Below, in pieces: positions 1-12,649 of a DNA stretch of 64,000 nt. The notes under the pieces were generated by a model. It was given only the letters and a program-made list of their open reading frames with translations, had not been told where the DNA came from and did not search any database. The DNA lies in NCBI RefSeq assembly GCF_006345805.1, contig NC_043001.1, positions 88,908,001-88,972,000 of the forward strand, given 5' to 3'. The DNA comes from Octopus sinensis. Lineage: Eukaryota. The position numbers and the translations under genes were made by a program. Position 1 is the first letter of the stretch. The number at the start of each line of letters is the position of its first letter.

Positions 1-687
1 TATGCGGTGGTGGTGGTGGTGGTGGGTGGGGTTGCATATATTCAGAGTATGATTCTATGCCAAAATCATGTCAGCTGACTCACATACTAAACATTGAAGT
101 AAATTAAATTACTGAATTATTGAACAGCTCAACTAATGAACGATACTGCCATAGGTTTGAACTCACCTAAAACTTACTATTTTCCTACCACCTTCAGCGA
201 AGCATGTCAATCTTCTTGCCTTTGTCAATCCTACCTCATATTTTAGAGTAGAATGTCTTGTCTAAAGTTTGTAGCCAAATTGGCAGAGACAAATAGAAAA
301 AGAAATTGTCTATTTATTTCAGTTGTACAACTTATATATAATATCCCACTTAGTCTTGGTCAACCTTAGTTGTAAATCTTAGGTATAAACACCCATTCTA
401 TTTTAGTCAACTTCCACTGTAAACCTTAGACAAAACAACCCTAGCTGTAAGCCTTAAGTAAAGCACATTTTCTTATTTTAAGTTAACTTCAGCTACTCCA
501 CTTAGGTCCATTTCAGTTACATGCCTTAAACATGTCACCTCATGCTACTTATCCACACCACTCTAGTCTCCTTAGTCAATCTCTTGTATAACCCTGAGTC
601 AAGTGACATCATTTTATTTATATATCAGTCATCATTGCAAATATAAAGTGAGAGTTGTCACTAATGTGATGGCAATGTGTATGTGTA

Positions 688-1551
688 CAGGGTGACCCCC
701 CCAAAAATGGGTACTTTTGAAAAACCCAACAAAATAGGAAAAATCCAAATCCAACAAAAAAATTGATTGACAGATATCAAACAAATAAAATGGCAACTTA
801 TGAAATGTGTAGTGGCAACCATGTAGTACTGTACATTTGGCAGTACTGTGGTACAGTGAGCTCCATGCAGAAACAACCTTGTAATTTAATAATCATGGAT
901 CAGTAGAACAGACAACAGCATATTTTCACCATAAAAATGCTTTACAAAAACAACAATAGTTCGGAGGGTGCACAGCGTGAGTTCCAATGTCATCTTAATT
1001 TAGGGCATCATGGTCAGGTTCCCTCAAAACACGTGATAAAAAGGTGGATTAAAAACTTTGAAGAGACTGGATCAGTTTTGAAAAAGAAACCGACAGGACA
1101 ACCAAGAACTGTTCATACTCCATAGAATATTGAGACTCTACATGTCTTACAGAGCCCATGTTGTTCAGCTCATAAGCAAGCAGCTGCAGTAAGGTTGTCT
1201 TGAGAGAGTGTTTGCCGAATTTTCCATTTTGACTTAAAATTTCATCTATACAAGCTGCAGATCATACAAAAACTGAAGGAGAATGATCCCCAGTTGCAAT
1301 TAGATTTCTGTCAAAAAATTAGGGAAGACATAAATGAAAAGAACGAAGGCTATAGTAGAAGACACTTGCCCAAGGTGCCACGCAGTGGGAATGAACCTGG
1401 AACCATGTGGTTGGTAAGCAAGCTACTTACCACACAGCCACTCCTGCGTCTATAAAGGCAAGTTCTTTACTTTTGTCAATAAAGATTTGTTGTTGGATTT
1501 GAATTTTTCCTATTCTTGTTGGGTTTTTCAAAAGTTCTTGTTTTTTGGGAT

Positions 1552-1557
<6 letters not shown>
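688..1557 (+). mobile_element. Internally deleted Tc1/mariner DNA transposon with ~90-bp TIRs; short SINE fragment inserted at ~1345-1450
   Basis: TA followed by cagggtgacccccc...ttttgaaaaacccaac at 688 mirrors gttgggtttttcaaaag...gggatcaccc at ~1465-1557. ORF 937-1125 (PSKHVIKRWIKNFEETGSVLKKKPTGQPRT) is a typical Tc1/mariner N-terminal HTH. Confidence 0.85.
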
Positions 1558-1619
<62 letters not shown>

Positions 1620-1621
<2 letters not shown>

Positions 1622-1985
1622 TTTTTACTTGTTTCAGTCATTTGACTGCAGCCATGAAGGTATTTAGTTGAACAAATCGACCCCAGAATTTATTTTTCAA
1701 GCCTAGTACTTATTTTATCATTCTCTTTTGCTGAACTGCCAAGTTATGGGTACGTAAATACACCAGCACCAATTGTCAAGCAGTGATGGGGTGGACAAAC
1801 ACACACACACGCACATACACATATATATGACAGGCTTTTTGTAGTTTCCATCTACCAAATACACTCACAAGGCTTTGGTCTGCCCAAGGCTATAATAGGT
1901 GACATTAGTCTTAGGTGTCACTCTGTGAGACTGAACCTGGAACCATGTGGTTAGGAAACAAGTTTCTTACCACACAACCACACCT
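1620..1985 (-). mobile_element. tRNA-headed CORE-type SINE (octopus OR2-like; family A)
   Basis: Reverse complement of the family seen in full at 46650-47062. Confidence 0.8.
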
Positions 1986-2050
1986 GTGTCTATATATATA
2001 TATGTATATATATCTGTAAATGTAATATGTGACTATTATTTGGTAGCCAT

Positions 2051-2116
2051 GATAAAACTCCGAGTTTCAGATGTCAGGGGAGGGGGGGAATCCACACCGC
2101 CATCTCTTCAGTTATC
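2051..2116 (-). ncRNA. Type-I hammerhead ribozyme-like motif (left arm of palindrome)
   Basis: Minus strand reads gataa-CTGAAGA-gatg...catc-t-GAAA-ctc g gag-TT-ttatc; helix I gataa/ttatc is perfect; GUU triplet. Confidence 0.6.
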
Positions 2117-2152
2117 CGACCATCAGAATAAATGCATTTTTTCCGATGGCCA

Positions 2153-2213
2153 GATAACTGAAGAGATGGCGGCATGGATTTCCACCCCGACATCCGAAAC
2201 TCAGAGTTTTGTC
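2153..2213 (+). ncRNA. Type-I hammerhead ribozyme-like motif (right arm of palindrome)
   Basis: gataa(2153)-CTGAAGA(2158-2164)-gatg...catc-c-GAAA(2196-2199)-ctc a gag-TT(2207-2208)-ttgtc. Confidence 0.6.
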
Positions 2214-2657
2214 ATGGCTACTGAATAATAGTCACATATTACGTTTACAGATCAATTCCTCTATTTACATAATAACGATGTCTCTTTCATTCTTTTATTG
2301 TCTTACCATTTCTCTCAATATATATATATATGTAATGTTATGATGAGTGTGGGGGGGGGGTAGTTGGGAGTATCATATGGCTCTGTGTGAATGTGTGCAT
2401 GTGGTATTGAGTCCCTTTTTGTCTGTTTGTAAGTTGCAATGTGATCTTCATCAGAAGATTATACATTCTATATAATGCTGAAGTTTATCACAGAAAAATA
2501 CACTTCCATATAATTTATTCATATGTCAATTAATGCTGATTGGTGCAGTCATAGGGGAATATTGGAATACTTATTAGAAAAAAAACTGAGTCTGTTTGTT
2601 GGACAAAGTTGAGTTTAGCAACAAGATAATAAAGAATGAATTGGTGTCTCTGCAATA

Positions 2658-2880
2658 GTAGTAGGATATATAATAGACTTTCAATTCATGGTAGATGGAT
2701 ATACAATAGACTTTCAATTCATGGTAGCTGGATTTGCAATAGGCTTTCTATGTGTGGCAGCAGAGTGTATAATAGGCTTTCTGTTTGTGATAGTTGGGTT
2801 TACAATAGGCTTACTTAGGCATGGTCACTGGCTATACAATAGACTTCCTATGTTTGGCAGCGGAGTGTAATAAGTCTCTT
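2658..2880 (+). repeat. 33-bp minisatellite (~6.7 copies; ~3 more at ~3368-3465)
   Basis: Units such as gtagatggatatacaatagactttcaattcatg; 11-aa periodicity (xYNRLSxxG) in ORF 2636-2818. Confidence 0.85.
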
Positions 2881-2883
2881 ATA

Positions 2884-3098
2884 CAAGGTAGGTACTCAAA
2901 AGTTCCTGAGTTTGGGTAAAAGAAATACTGAAGGATCAGTTAATTTTGATTTTCTTCAACATATTCCCTTCAGATTCACACACATACTGCAGTGGTCCTT
3001 CAGTTTTTGTAAGCCCTCTAAAAGAACTTGGGAGGTTGGACCTCCAACCAAACCTTTCACAATATTCCAAAAGCCAGGAACTATACAGCACCCCTTGT
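2884..3098 (+). mobile_element. Mariner-type MITE (~215 bp)
   Basis: TIR-like ends (...aaaagttcctg / ccaggaacta..cagcacccc); a near-identical copy follows at 3146-3362. Confidence 0.75.
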
Positions 3099-3109
3099 GT
3101 ATGTGTGTG

Positions 3110-3145
<36 letters not shown>

Positions 3146-3146
<1 letters not shown>

Positions 3147-3362
3147 TAGGGTTGCTGAAAGGTTCCTGGCTTTGAGTAAAAGAAAATACAGGAGGATCAG
3201 TTAATTTTGATTTTATTCAACATATTCCCCTCTCAGATTCACACACTTATTACAGTGGTCCTTCAGTTTTTCTAAGATCTGTAAAAGAACTCAGGAGGTT
3301 GGGCCTCCAACCAGGCCTTTCATTATACTGTTAAAGCCAGGAACTACATAGCACCCCATCAT
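3146..3362 (+). mobile_element. Mariner-type MITE, second tandem copy
   Basis: gggttgctgaaaggttcctggcttt ... aaagccaggaactacatagcacccc, TA flanks. Confidence 0.8.
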
Positions 3363-3529
3363 ATATGATTGTTAGATGTATTATAGGATTCCTTTAAGTG
3401 GCTGGTTGGTGTATACTAGGCTTCTCATTTGTGGTGAGTGAGTGTATAATTGGCTTCATGTGTATATGTATATGTGTGTGTCTGTGTGTATGTAAAAACA
3501 CGTACATATAAATTATATTCATGTATACA

Positions 3530-4440
3530 TAGACATGTAGATTTTTACTGCCTCCAAGAAGTAAGGTGGAGAGGAGGTTCCGGTAGGTTCCTCACAGGCA
3601 AAGAACACAGGTACAAGATTTTCTGGGCAGGGAACACTGACGAGGTCGGGGGCATAGGTATACTTCTTGCGGAGAAATGGGTTAAGGTAATCAAGGTAGT
3701 CAGAGTATGCAATAGAATATTTAAGATTAGATTAGTGCTACGTCATGGGTTAGCAGCCATTATTTCGGCCTATGCCCCTGAGCTGGGGCCACCTGATGGA
3801 CAGAAAGACCAATTTTATGACACCCTCTTGCAGACTACCTTGTTGACGAATGACAGGGACCTTCTCTTTGTGGCTGGTGACTTCAATGGCCATGTTGGAC
3901 ACATGCAGAGGGCTTCCATGGCTCCATGGCATACATGGAGGCTATGGTTTTGGTTCCCACAGTGAGGAGGGAACCAGGCTGCTGGAGTTCTGCAATGCAA
4001 ATGATCTTATGGTTTGCAATACTAACATCAGGAAACCTGCTAGTCACCTACTGATCTGGTTGACACACTAGCCAAATTGATTACAACCTCACCAGAAAAA
4101 AGGAAAGATGGCTGCTTATATATGCCAAAACCTTCCCAGGCGAAGAATGTACCCCACAACATAGACTAGTAGTTAGCGACTTCAGGATCAGGGCTAAATG
4201 GATGCCCAGAAGACGACCAGCATGGAGAAGAAGGGTCTGAAAGCTTAAAGATCCTGTGAATGGACAAAGATTTAGAGATGTATTACTCAAAGCTTTTTAT
4301 GAAATATAGTGGGATATAGCATCACATGATGTGGAAGACAACTGGAGGTTTCTATGGAACAACCTGCTGAGAGCCACTAACCAGATCTGTGGATGATGCA
4401 AAGCCCTCTCTTGACCCAAGGTAATGTGGTGGTGGAACAT
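3530..4440 (+). mobile_element. RTE-clade LINE fragment, APE endonuclease region, frameshifted
   Basis: ORF 3450-3965 has CLQEVRWRG, ISAYAP and GDFNGHVG exonuclease-endonuclease-phosphatase motifs. Confidence 0.9.
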
Positions 4441-5032
4441 ATATATATGTATATATATATTTATATATGATAGACATGTTTGGTTAAGACATTTGATTCC
4501 CAAACACATGGTTTCTGGTTCAGTTTCACTGTGTGGCACCATGGACAGCCACTTTCTACAATAGCCCTGGACTAACCAAAGCTTTGTCAGTGGATTTCCT
4601 AGATGGAAACTGAAAGGAACCAATTGTGCTTGTGTTCTTCTCCTAACATCATGTGGTAGTTGTAAGTAAGCATCATCATCATACAAACAGTATTATTCAT
4701 TTATAGTCCTCCGGCCAAGAGGAAATATTACAGGAAGGGCATATGGCCATAGAAAATACGCTTCAACAATTTCCAACTAACCCTGCAACAGATACGTGGA
4801 CATTGAAACAATGATAGATAGATGGATATAAAATTAAATTAACACCACAAAAATACAATAGATAACAAAATAAAAATTATTGTATTTGGTTCACACTCAG
4901 AAATAAAATGTCATTAATATTTCAATTGTAAGACCTGCATCACCAAGATCGGAATGTGGTTATGATTTTATGATTGTAACCATTAGCGATGATGATACTG
5001 AGGGATTAATTATGTTTTTTTTTATTCTGCAG

Positions 5033-5093
5033 GGTTCTGGGGAGTTGGTATAGAGACTGCTGTGTTTCACCGTACAATTGCCATATATTTCAT
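5033..5093 (+). CDS. TMEM72: TMEM72-like membrane protein, first exon inside the window (upstream exon(s) not found)
   Basis: ttttttattctgcag|...|gtaagt; 61 nt, phase 1 to 2; encodes FWGVGIETAVFHRTIAIYF, resembling the GVGTET...LAFYL segment of vertebrate TMEM72 as I recall it. Confidence 0.85.
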
Positions 5094-5400
5094 GTAAGTA
5101 TTAATTACTAATTCTTTACTTTACGATTTACCCATAATTAAGGCTGTTTCTTTTAGTTCTTTGCTTCATCCCTATTTAAGGGTCATCTTTCAGTCTTTTG
5201 CTTTTACTCTTGTTTAAAAAATAAAAGGCAGTCCTTTATTTCCACTCCTACATTCATTTTAACATCTCTTTTTTCCATGCTGGCATGGGTTAGATGGGAA
5301 GTTATTTTCAGTAAGATTTTACAGCTAAATGCTCTTCCTGTCACTAACTCCAGCTTGTTTTTCAAGTAACAGATTTTCCTTTATTCCACGAGTTTTTTAA

Positions 5401-5619
5401 CCCTTTAGCATTTAAACTGGCCAGATCCGACTCAAATATTATACTTGTTTTATGATCAATCTGGCTACAGTCAACCTCTCACACTTACCCTATGATGTCA
5501 TACTAAAAATAAACAAGCACATCATCGAACTCTCAATGCAAAAGATAATGCATGATTAATTCAAAACAATGTGAATAAATAAGCATTACATTAGACAGAA
5601 TAATCTGAATGTGAAAAGG
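5401..5619 (+). mobile_element. piggyBac-type MITE (TTAA flanks, CCCTTTAGCATT ends); further copies at ~6285-6503, ~6597-6807, ~57558-57755
   Basis: ttaa|ccctttagcatt ... aatgtgaaaagg|ttaa; same body repeated in both orientations. Confidence 0.7.
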
Positions 5620-5814
5620 TTAAAGTGCATTACAACTGTAATAATGCCAACATTATTAATGTTTTGCTCAAGCAACAAACTTAGACTATCAGCATTCACA
5701 CACAATCATATGGTGGGCTTCTTGTGGCTTCTGTCAACCAGATTCACCCACAAGACACAGATTGATCCTGGGCCATAGTACAAGACATTTACCCAATGTG
5801 TCACACGGTGGAGG

Positions 5815-6135
5815 AGCACTCCGTCAGTTGTGACGACGAGGGTCCCTGCTGATATGATTAACGGAACAGCTTGCTCATGAAGTTAACGTGCAAGTGGCTG
5901 AGCACTCCACAAACACGTGTACCCTTAACGTAGTTCTCGGGGAGATTCAGCGTGACACAAAGTGTGACAAGGCTGGCCCTTTGAAATGCAGGTACTGCTC
6001 ATTTTTGCCAGCTGAGTGGACTGGAGCAACATGAAATAAAGTGCCTTGCTCAAGGAAACAATGTGCCACTGGGAATTGAACTCACGACCTTACGATCATG
6101 AGCCGAATGCTCCTAACCACTAAGCCATGCACCTT
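5815..6135 (-). mobile_element. tRNA-headed SINE (family C; Meta/Nin-DC class uncertain)
   Basis: Reverse complement has A/B-box-like head (ggcttagtggttagg...gagttcaattccc); + copy at 57765-58090. Confidence 0.75.
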
Positions 6136-7039
6136 CACAACACAGTGGAACTGAACCTGAAATCATGTGGTTTCAACCTGAACTTCTTAACCACACAGCC
6201 ATGCTCTTATAAGTTAAGATGTTTTTTTCACCCTCACCCCTATCTAAAAGCCAGGTACCAGTCTCTTGCTTTACTTGTTTTAAACCCTTTAGCATTCAGG
6301 TTACCCTGTCAAATATAATACTTATTTATTCATATTGCTTTGAATTAATCATGCATCATCTCATAACTCTAAAATTTCTGTGATGTGATTGTTTATTTTT
6401 AGAATGACACTGTAGGGTAGGTATGAGAGCCCAGATCTGGCCAGTTTGAACATAAAGCAGATAGAATATTTTGGCCGGATATGACCAGTTAAAATGCTAA
6501 AGGTTTGAAGGTGCTTCACTTGTATTTAAAATATTTTCTATAGGTCTTTTACTTGATCCCTTTTGCTAGTGGTGAGGAAACAGGAAGTTATGTTGACCCT
6601 TTGGTAGTCAGTTTAGTTTGTTAAATATAATGCTTATTTATTCACATTGTTTTGAATTAATCATGCATCATCTTGTAATTTTGAGATGAGATTGTTTACT
6701 TTTAGTATAAAATTGTAAGGTAGGTGTGAGAGGCTATATTTAGCCAGTTTGGACATAAAACAAATGGAATAGTTTGGCTGGATATGGTCAGTTTAAATGC
6801 CAAAGAGTTAAATATGTTAGTGTATTGCTCAGTCAATCAATCTATATGTATCTATCTCATACATGTAAGATACTGATTCTTTCAAATATCCATTAACATG
6901 TTGGACAGAAGAGAGTTTATCCTAGCTCTAGCTATGTCACATACAAGGTTTGGTTTCATCTTAGCATTGCAAGACAAGAAAACATTCATGAGTTATATAG
7001 TGCTCCCTCTGCTTGCATCTGCTTGGATTGTTCATTCCT

Positions 7040-7330
7040 TCTCGAGCCACGCCTCGCTCATAAGGGCCAGTTTCCCAGTTTCCTTGCCATATAGGTTCCC
7101 CACCTGGACGGGATGCCGGTCCGTTGCAGGTGAGCTGCAAGATTCAGGAGGAAAGAGTGAGAGAAAGTTGTGGCGAAAGAGTCAGCAGAATTTCGCCATT
7201 ACCTTCTGTCGGAACCGCATGGAGCTTAGGTGTTTCGCTCATAAACACACACATCGCCCGGTCTGAGATTCAAACCCGCGATCCCTTGACTGCAAGTCTG
7301 CTGCTCTCACCACTAGGCCATGTGCCTCCA
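7040..7330 (-). mobile_element. tRNA-headed SINE (family D)
   Basis: Related to copies at 18358-18665 (+) and 60380-60675 (-). Confidence 0.75.
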
Positions 7331-7990
7331 CCCAGTTGGGTTGTACCATCACATAAAACCCATTTACAACAAACCAAAGAGGAAGCCCTTAAGTAGTTGG
7401 CCAACCTTTAGAAATATCAGGATTTTGCTCATACACCTTGAAAGTAATAGTACATTGGATTATGTAGTCCTAGGTAGAGTGAGGACATAGAGCCTAGTGG
7501 ATAGAGTGTTGTACTCATGATCATGATTTCAGTTGCTAGACCAAGTGAGGCTTTAAGTTCATGAGCAAAAAACTTCATCTCATGTTGCTCTGCAATTACT
7601 TCGACACCTGATGCGTGGCACACTGTGCACCAATTCTGGCAATGTTGATTTGATGGAGGGAGTGAGCTGATGAACAGCATACACATTTGATCATTATAAA
7701 CAAATTATTTGTGCAGGCCATTCAGCAAAAAAGCTGAATGCTCATACATCATCTTTGACAGGTGAGTCCATCAGATACAGTATGCCTGAAAAAAAATGAC
7801 TGGACAGTAGTAATTGAAAACCTTTGATCATAAATCATCTCAATCAAAACTCACTTGTGACTAAACAACAGCCACCACAACCATCTGTTTACATTAAGGT
7901 AGACTGTATAGACTGTACCTTTACATGGTACCTGTTTACATGTATGTGGACTGTGCCTACTGCACCATACTTATTTATAGTGAAGTAAAA

Positions 7991-8029
<39 letters not shown>

Positions 8030-8534
8030 TTTATATTTTTGTCCTGCTATTATCATACCCTATCACTGTCTAACACCCTGTATTTTTCACACACACACAT
8101 CTGTACACACAAAGGTACATACTCTTTCCCATAACTGCAGACGCACACACTTTCTTACACTTCCATACACATACTCATTTGCTACAGAATCCCACACTCA
8201 GATACACACACACATACACACACATCTGTATCATTTTATTAGTGGTGTTGTAGGTGTGGCAGTCTGTCTACATGATCTGATTCTGGTTCTGCAAGTTATG
8301 TAGATTGTTTATATTTAATCCATTTGTAACGTTCACATGGGACTGCATGTAAAGGTGATAATAGTGTGGTGCAGGGTGGTTGTGGTGGCAGTGGTGGTAG
8401 TGGTGGTGGTGGTGGTGAAGTGTGTTAACCCTTCACTGTGTTAACCTTTCACTATATTAACCCCTTCACTGTGTTAATCCTTTAGTCCTTCGTGGTGTTA
8501 ACCTTTCACTGTTAACCCTTCATTATGTTAACTC

Positions 8535-8755
8535 CTGGCAGAAACGTTAGCATGCTGGGCGAAATGCGTAGCCGTATTTCATCTGCCATTACGTTCTGAG
8601 TTCAAATTCCACCGAGGTCGACTTTGCCTTTCATCCTTTTGGGGTCGATAAATTAAGCACCAGTTACGCACTGGGGTCGATGTAATCGACTTAATCTGTT
8701 TGTCTGTCCTTGTTTGTCCCCTCTGTGTTTAGCCCCTTGTGAGTAGTAAAAAAAT
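8535..8755 (+). mobile_element. SINE family B inserted in a 16-17-bp (gtgttaacccttcact) minisatellite spanning ~8420-8815
   Basis: ctggcagaaacgttagc...gagttcaaattcc...gtagtaaa; minisatellite units on both sides. Confidence 0.8.
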
Positions 8756-8840
8756 ATATGTTAACCTTCCACTATGTTAACTTTTCACTAAGCTAATCCT
8801 TCACTGTTTTAATCCATCTTTGTTATTCTTTCATCTACAG

Positions 8841-8912
8841 CATCACAGCACTCATCCTTCTTTTCCTCGAGATTGTATTTCTGATTGACATTTGGCTGTC
8901 TCTCTGCATCAG
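8841..8912 (+). CDS. TMEM72: TMEM72-like exon
   Basis: ttctttcatctacag|...|gtaagt; 72 nt, phase 2 to 2; (I)ITALILLFLEIVFLIDIWLSLCI(S), hydrophobic helix with conserved-type Glu. Confidence 0.88.
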
Positions 8913-10049
8913 GTAAGTGGTCATTGTCTCTGTCTCCCTACTGTCCAACTCACTCTCACACTCTACTCTGATTATCACAGTCTTCTGTGCTTACCATACT
9001 CCTAGTGTTACTATATTTCTCTCTATCACACATGTACACACATGCATACACACAACCATGGAGGCACACAGTAACAAATGTAACAGACTTAGGATCACAT
9101 AAGCATAACCATAAATGCATAAACACCACATACACACACACTCAGAAATATATATGCTCAGAAAGTACATTTTTTCATACTAATGTACACCAAATACCAT
9201 ACAGTACAGTACATCGCACACACACACACACACACACACATGCACACACTACACTACCCTGCATCACACACAGGTGGAAGGAGCCTCTACATGGTTGCTC
9301 AATCCTTAAGAAGTAACAGTCAAATCTCCCTTCTATCACACCCTATCATCTTTTAAAAAGCACATGCTAGATAGTTTAGTCCAAGGTAGGAATGTTATAG
9401 TTGGAGAGTGTCAAATATTTATGATCATAGATGGAAATGTCATTGCTGGAGTGCTTTTGATCATAAATTTGTTTAGTCAGGGCAAACCTGGAGCTGCACA
9501 GCAATAATACTACATTACAGTTCTCTATTTACTTGTATGATAACAAGATACTCCAAGCAACCTTAAAAAAGCAACACAAAATATCTAATAAACTACCTTT
9601 TTGGGTCACTGAGCGTATGTAGTATACTCGAACAACACTTACAGAACTTGAAATTTCGGACTGGAGCAACATTAGCTAAATTGTCTTGCCCAAGAACAAA
9701 ACACACAGCCCAATCTGGGAATCAAACTCACTACCTCATGATTGTTTGTGAGCCCAATGGTCTAACCACTGTACTCCAGTCTTATTTGAATCAATTAGAA
9801 ACTTTGGTTCCACAACACTTAAATAGCACCCATCTTGCCAGCAACATCATCATCTTAACTTCCATTTTTTTTTTTATATTTGAATTTTGTTAAGGCAAAT
9901 TTACATTGGTTGGATGCCTTTCTTCTTGCCAGCCTTCATCTGTTTCCAGGCAAGATAATAATATCCTGATCTCTGTCAAACAACAAATAGCCTAGGTATA
10001 GTTATGTGGTTGACTTCAAGCAAAGGTTGTAGACATGTCAAGCTAAGTA

Positions 10050-10335
10050 GAAGCATGGTTGCCCTTGCATACAGGCTCGTTCCTTGCAACCCTCTTCAGC
10101 TGAGCATATCTAATCTTGCGGGTATGAAGGTACTGGTGCCATGTAAAAAGCACCCGTACCGGTGCTGCATAAAAGCAGCCAGTACACTTTATAAAGTGAC
10201 TGGCATTAGGAAGAGCATCCAGCTGCAGAAGCCATACCTAAACAGACATGGAGCCTGAACAGCTTCAGCTTGTCAAACTGTCCAACCCATGCCAGCATGG
10301 AAAACAGACATTAAATGATGATGATGATGATGAAG
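10050..10335 (+). mobile_element. RTE-related 3' end / SINE-like tail ending in (GAT)n (family E)
   Basis: ccaacccatgccagcatggaaaacagacattaaatgatgatgatg. Confidence 0.7.
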
Positions 10336-12649
10336 GTGGCAAGTTGGTATGGGAAAAACAGCAATAGCAACACCACCACTACACTACATGGCACCATTCC
10401 ATATCATCAACATTCCACAGCACACTTTAACCAAAATACAACAGTTTAGTATAAATGCCTTTAGTCTTCAATACACCTGAGTAGAAGTATACCAGTTAGC
10501 AAAATTAATTCTGGCACGGTGAGTTAATAAAATTATAAGTATAAATAATATGACTACATAGTTAAGTATGCTTCTCAACCACATGGTTTCAGATTCAGTC
10601 ACATGGTGTGGTACTTTGGGGAAAGTATCTTCAACTTTAGCCCTGAGCTGACCAAAGCCTTGTAAGTGGATTTTGTAGATGGAATATGAAAGAAACCACT
10701 GTGTGTGTTTCCTTATCATGAGATTGCATGACAGTTGTAAGCAGGTGTCTCCATCATACAAGTGGTTTTGAACTTCCAGTCTTCTGTAAAATATGTCGGG
10801 TCTGGAGTAAATACTGCATGGGTCAGACAGAACTGAGGCTGATTTTCTATAACTGGATCCTCTCTTTATTGCCAACCCTCACCTGATTTTAAGTTAGTTA
10901 ATATTTATTCCATTGTCATTGTTCTGGTGATGACAATGATGATCAAATGAACAGACAGCTAAGTCAATTAGTGTTAACATTTAATACATGGACTATAACT
11001 AGAAATAAATATGTATAACCTTGGATGCCAACTATACAACCCAATCGACTTAATCCCTTTGTCTGTCCTTGTTTGTCCCCTCTATGTTTAGCCCCTTGTG
11101 GGCAATAAAGAAATAAAATAATTATCAGCACCAAAGAAAGTCTCTTGCAGTATTTAGTTATCCTTCTTTAAATTCAGAGTTCAATTGTCATCAGGGTTCT
11201 TTTGACATTTCATATTTCTGGGGTTGATAAAATAAGTGTGAGTCAAGAACTGAAGTTGTTTGAATAAACTATTTTATCTTCTTTGAAATTCTTTGGGTTT
11301 GTGCTTATGTAAGAAACCCTTATTTAATTCATTTAAAGCAGAAAATGACAAAAAAATGATCAGTCATTGATTGATTAATTTTGATTAATATTGTATTTCA
11401 TCATCATCATCATATCCACTTTTCCATGCTCACATGGGTCGGACAGAATTTTTGTTGAGGCAAATTTTCTATGGTCAGGTGCCCTTTTTATGACCGACCC
11501 TCACAAGTTTCCATGTAAGGCAATTTTTCTCCATAATCAGACATGTTTTCATGGAAGATTAGGAACAAAGAAGTCTGCTCGCATAACAGTGACATTTATT
11601 TACAACTATCAAACATTGTTTAGGCAAGAAGACAGTAACACACATGTATCTATATATATGACAGGCTTCTTTCAGTTTCATCTACCACATCCACTCATAA
11701 GATTTTAACTGGGCCTTTATTAGAAGACAGTAGCCTAAGCTGCCACACAGTGGGACTGTACTCAGAACTGTGTGGTTGAGAAGTAAACTTCTTACCACAC
11801 AGCCATGCTTGTACCTGTGGTATTGAAAACTGTCTTCATGAAAGTAAGCTATCTATCCTATCAAATCATTAAAAGATTATGTAGCACTGTTTTGTCATGT
11901 TCCTTTCCTTGATTAACTATTAAAATATCCTGCTTGGTATCTGAGGAAGGCCAATAAGTATTTTTCTCTTGTGAAATTTTACTTTTTTTTTATATTATTT
12001 CTATGTGGTGGGTGAAGTTTTGGTTAACAATGCATAAGACCAGAAAAATTTAAAAAAAAGTATTATGTTCAGTCACATATAGACACACAGCAACATTATA
12101 TCTTTAGACATTGGCTGCTGTATTACGTATAACAATTACTACTTTTAAAAACTGATTGCATGTGGAAAGAAAAATCTCTTTTGTTTTCATTAATTAGCTT
12201 TTGGGTCAATATTGGGTCAAATATTTCTAAAAGGAATGGGAAGTGAAGGTGTGGAGGTGTACATGGAATGGTAGGTAGAGTATATATACATGGAATGTCA
12301 CTCTACTTGTTTAATTATGCTTTTACTAACTTCTCGTTTTAATTACTTTTATTCAATAAAAGTAAATAAAATCATTCTATTTATGTGAGAAATACATGAA
12401 TATTGTGTACATTCTATTGTAATCAACAGTCAGGTGATTTTAGATCAGCATACTTTGAGACGTGTGTGTGTTAGATATTAAGACAAAAGTGTCATAAAGT
12501 GGAAGAAGTCATTGGAGAGTTAACAAACATCTTTGATAGAAATTTGCACAAGTGAATACAGAGTCCTTGATGACAGGACATTCATAATAGTAATAAATCA
12601 CAAGGGCCCGTGATGTTCTCGAAAAAAGTTGTTACATTTCTTGGTAAGG

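Larger units (their letters stand above)
2012..2252. repeat. 241-bp near-perfect inverted repeat (probable inverted Penelope-like terminal repeats)
   Basis: atctgtaaatgtaatatgtgactattatt...ccatc is the reverse complement of gatgg...aataatagtcacatattacgtttacagat; short AT-rich centre. Confidence 0.9.

Noticed and set aside
7717-7761. Apparent AG...GTGAGT exon between TMEM72-like exons
   Set aside because: It lies in what looks like a repeat, and exons 5033-5093 and 8841-8912 already join in phase with continuous homology.
12560-12640. UUGAUGA...7-bp helix...GAAA
   Set aside because: Core positions C3 and G10.1 are altered, and there is no convincing helix I or III.
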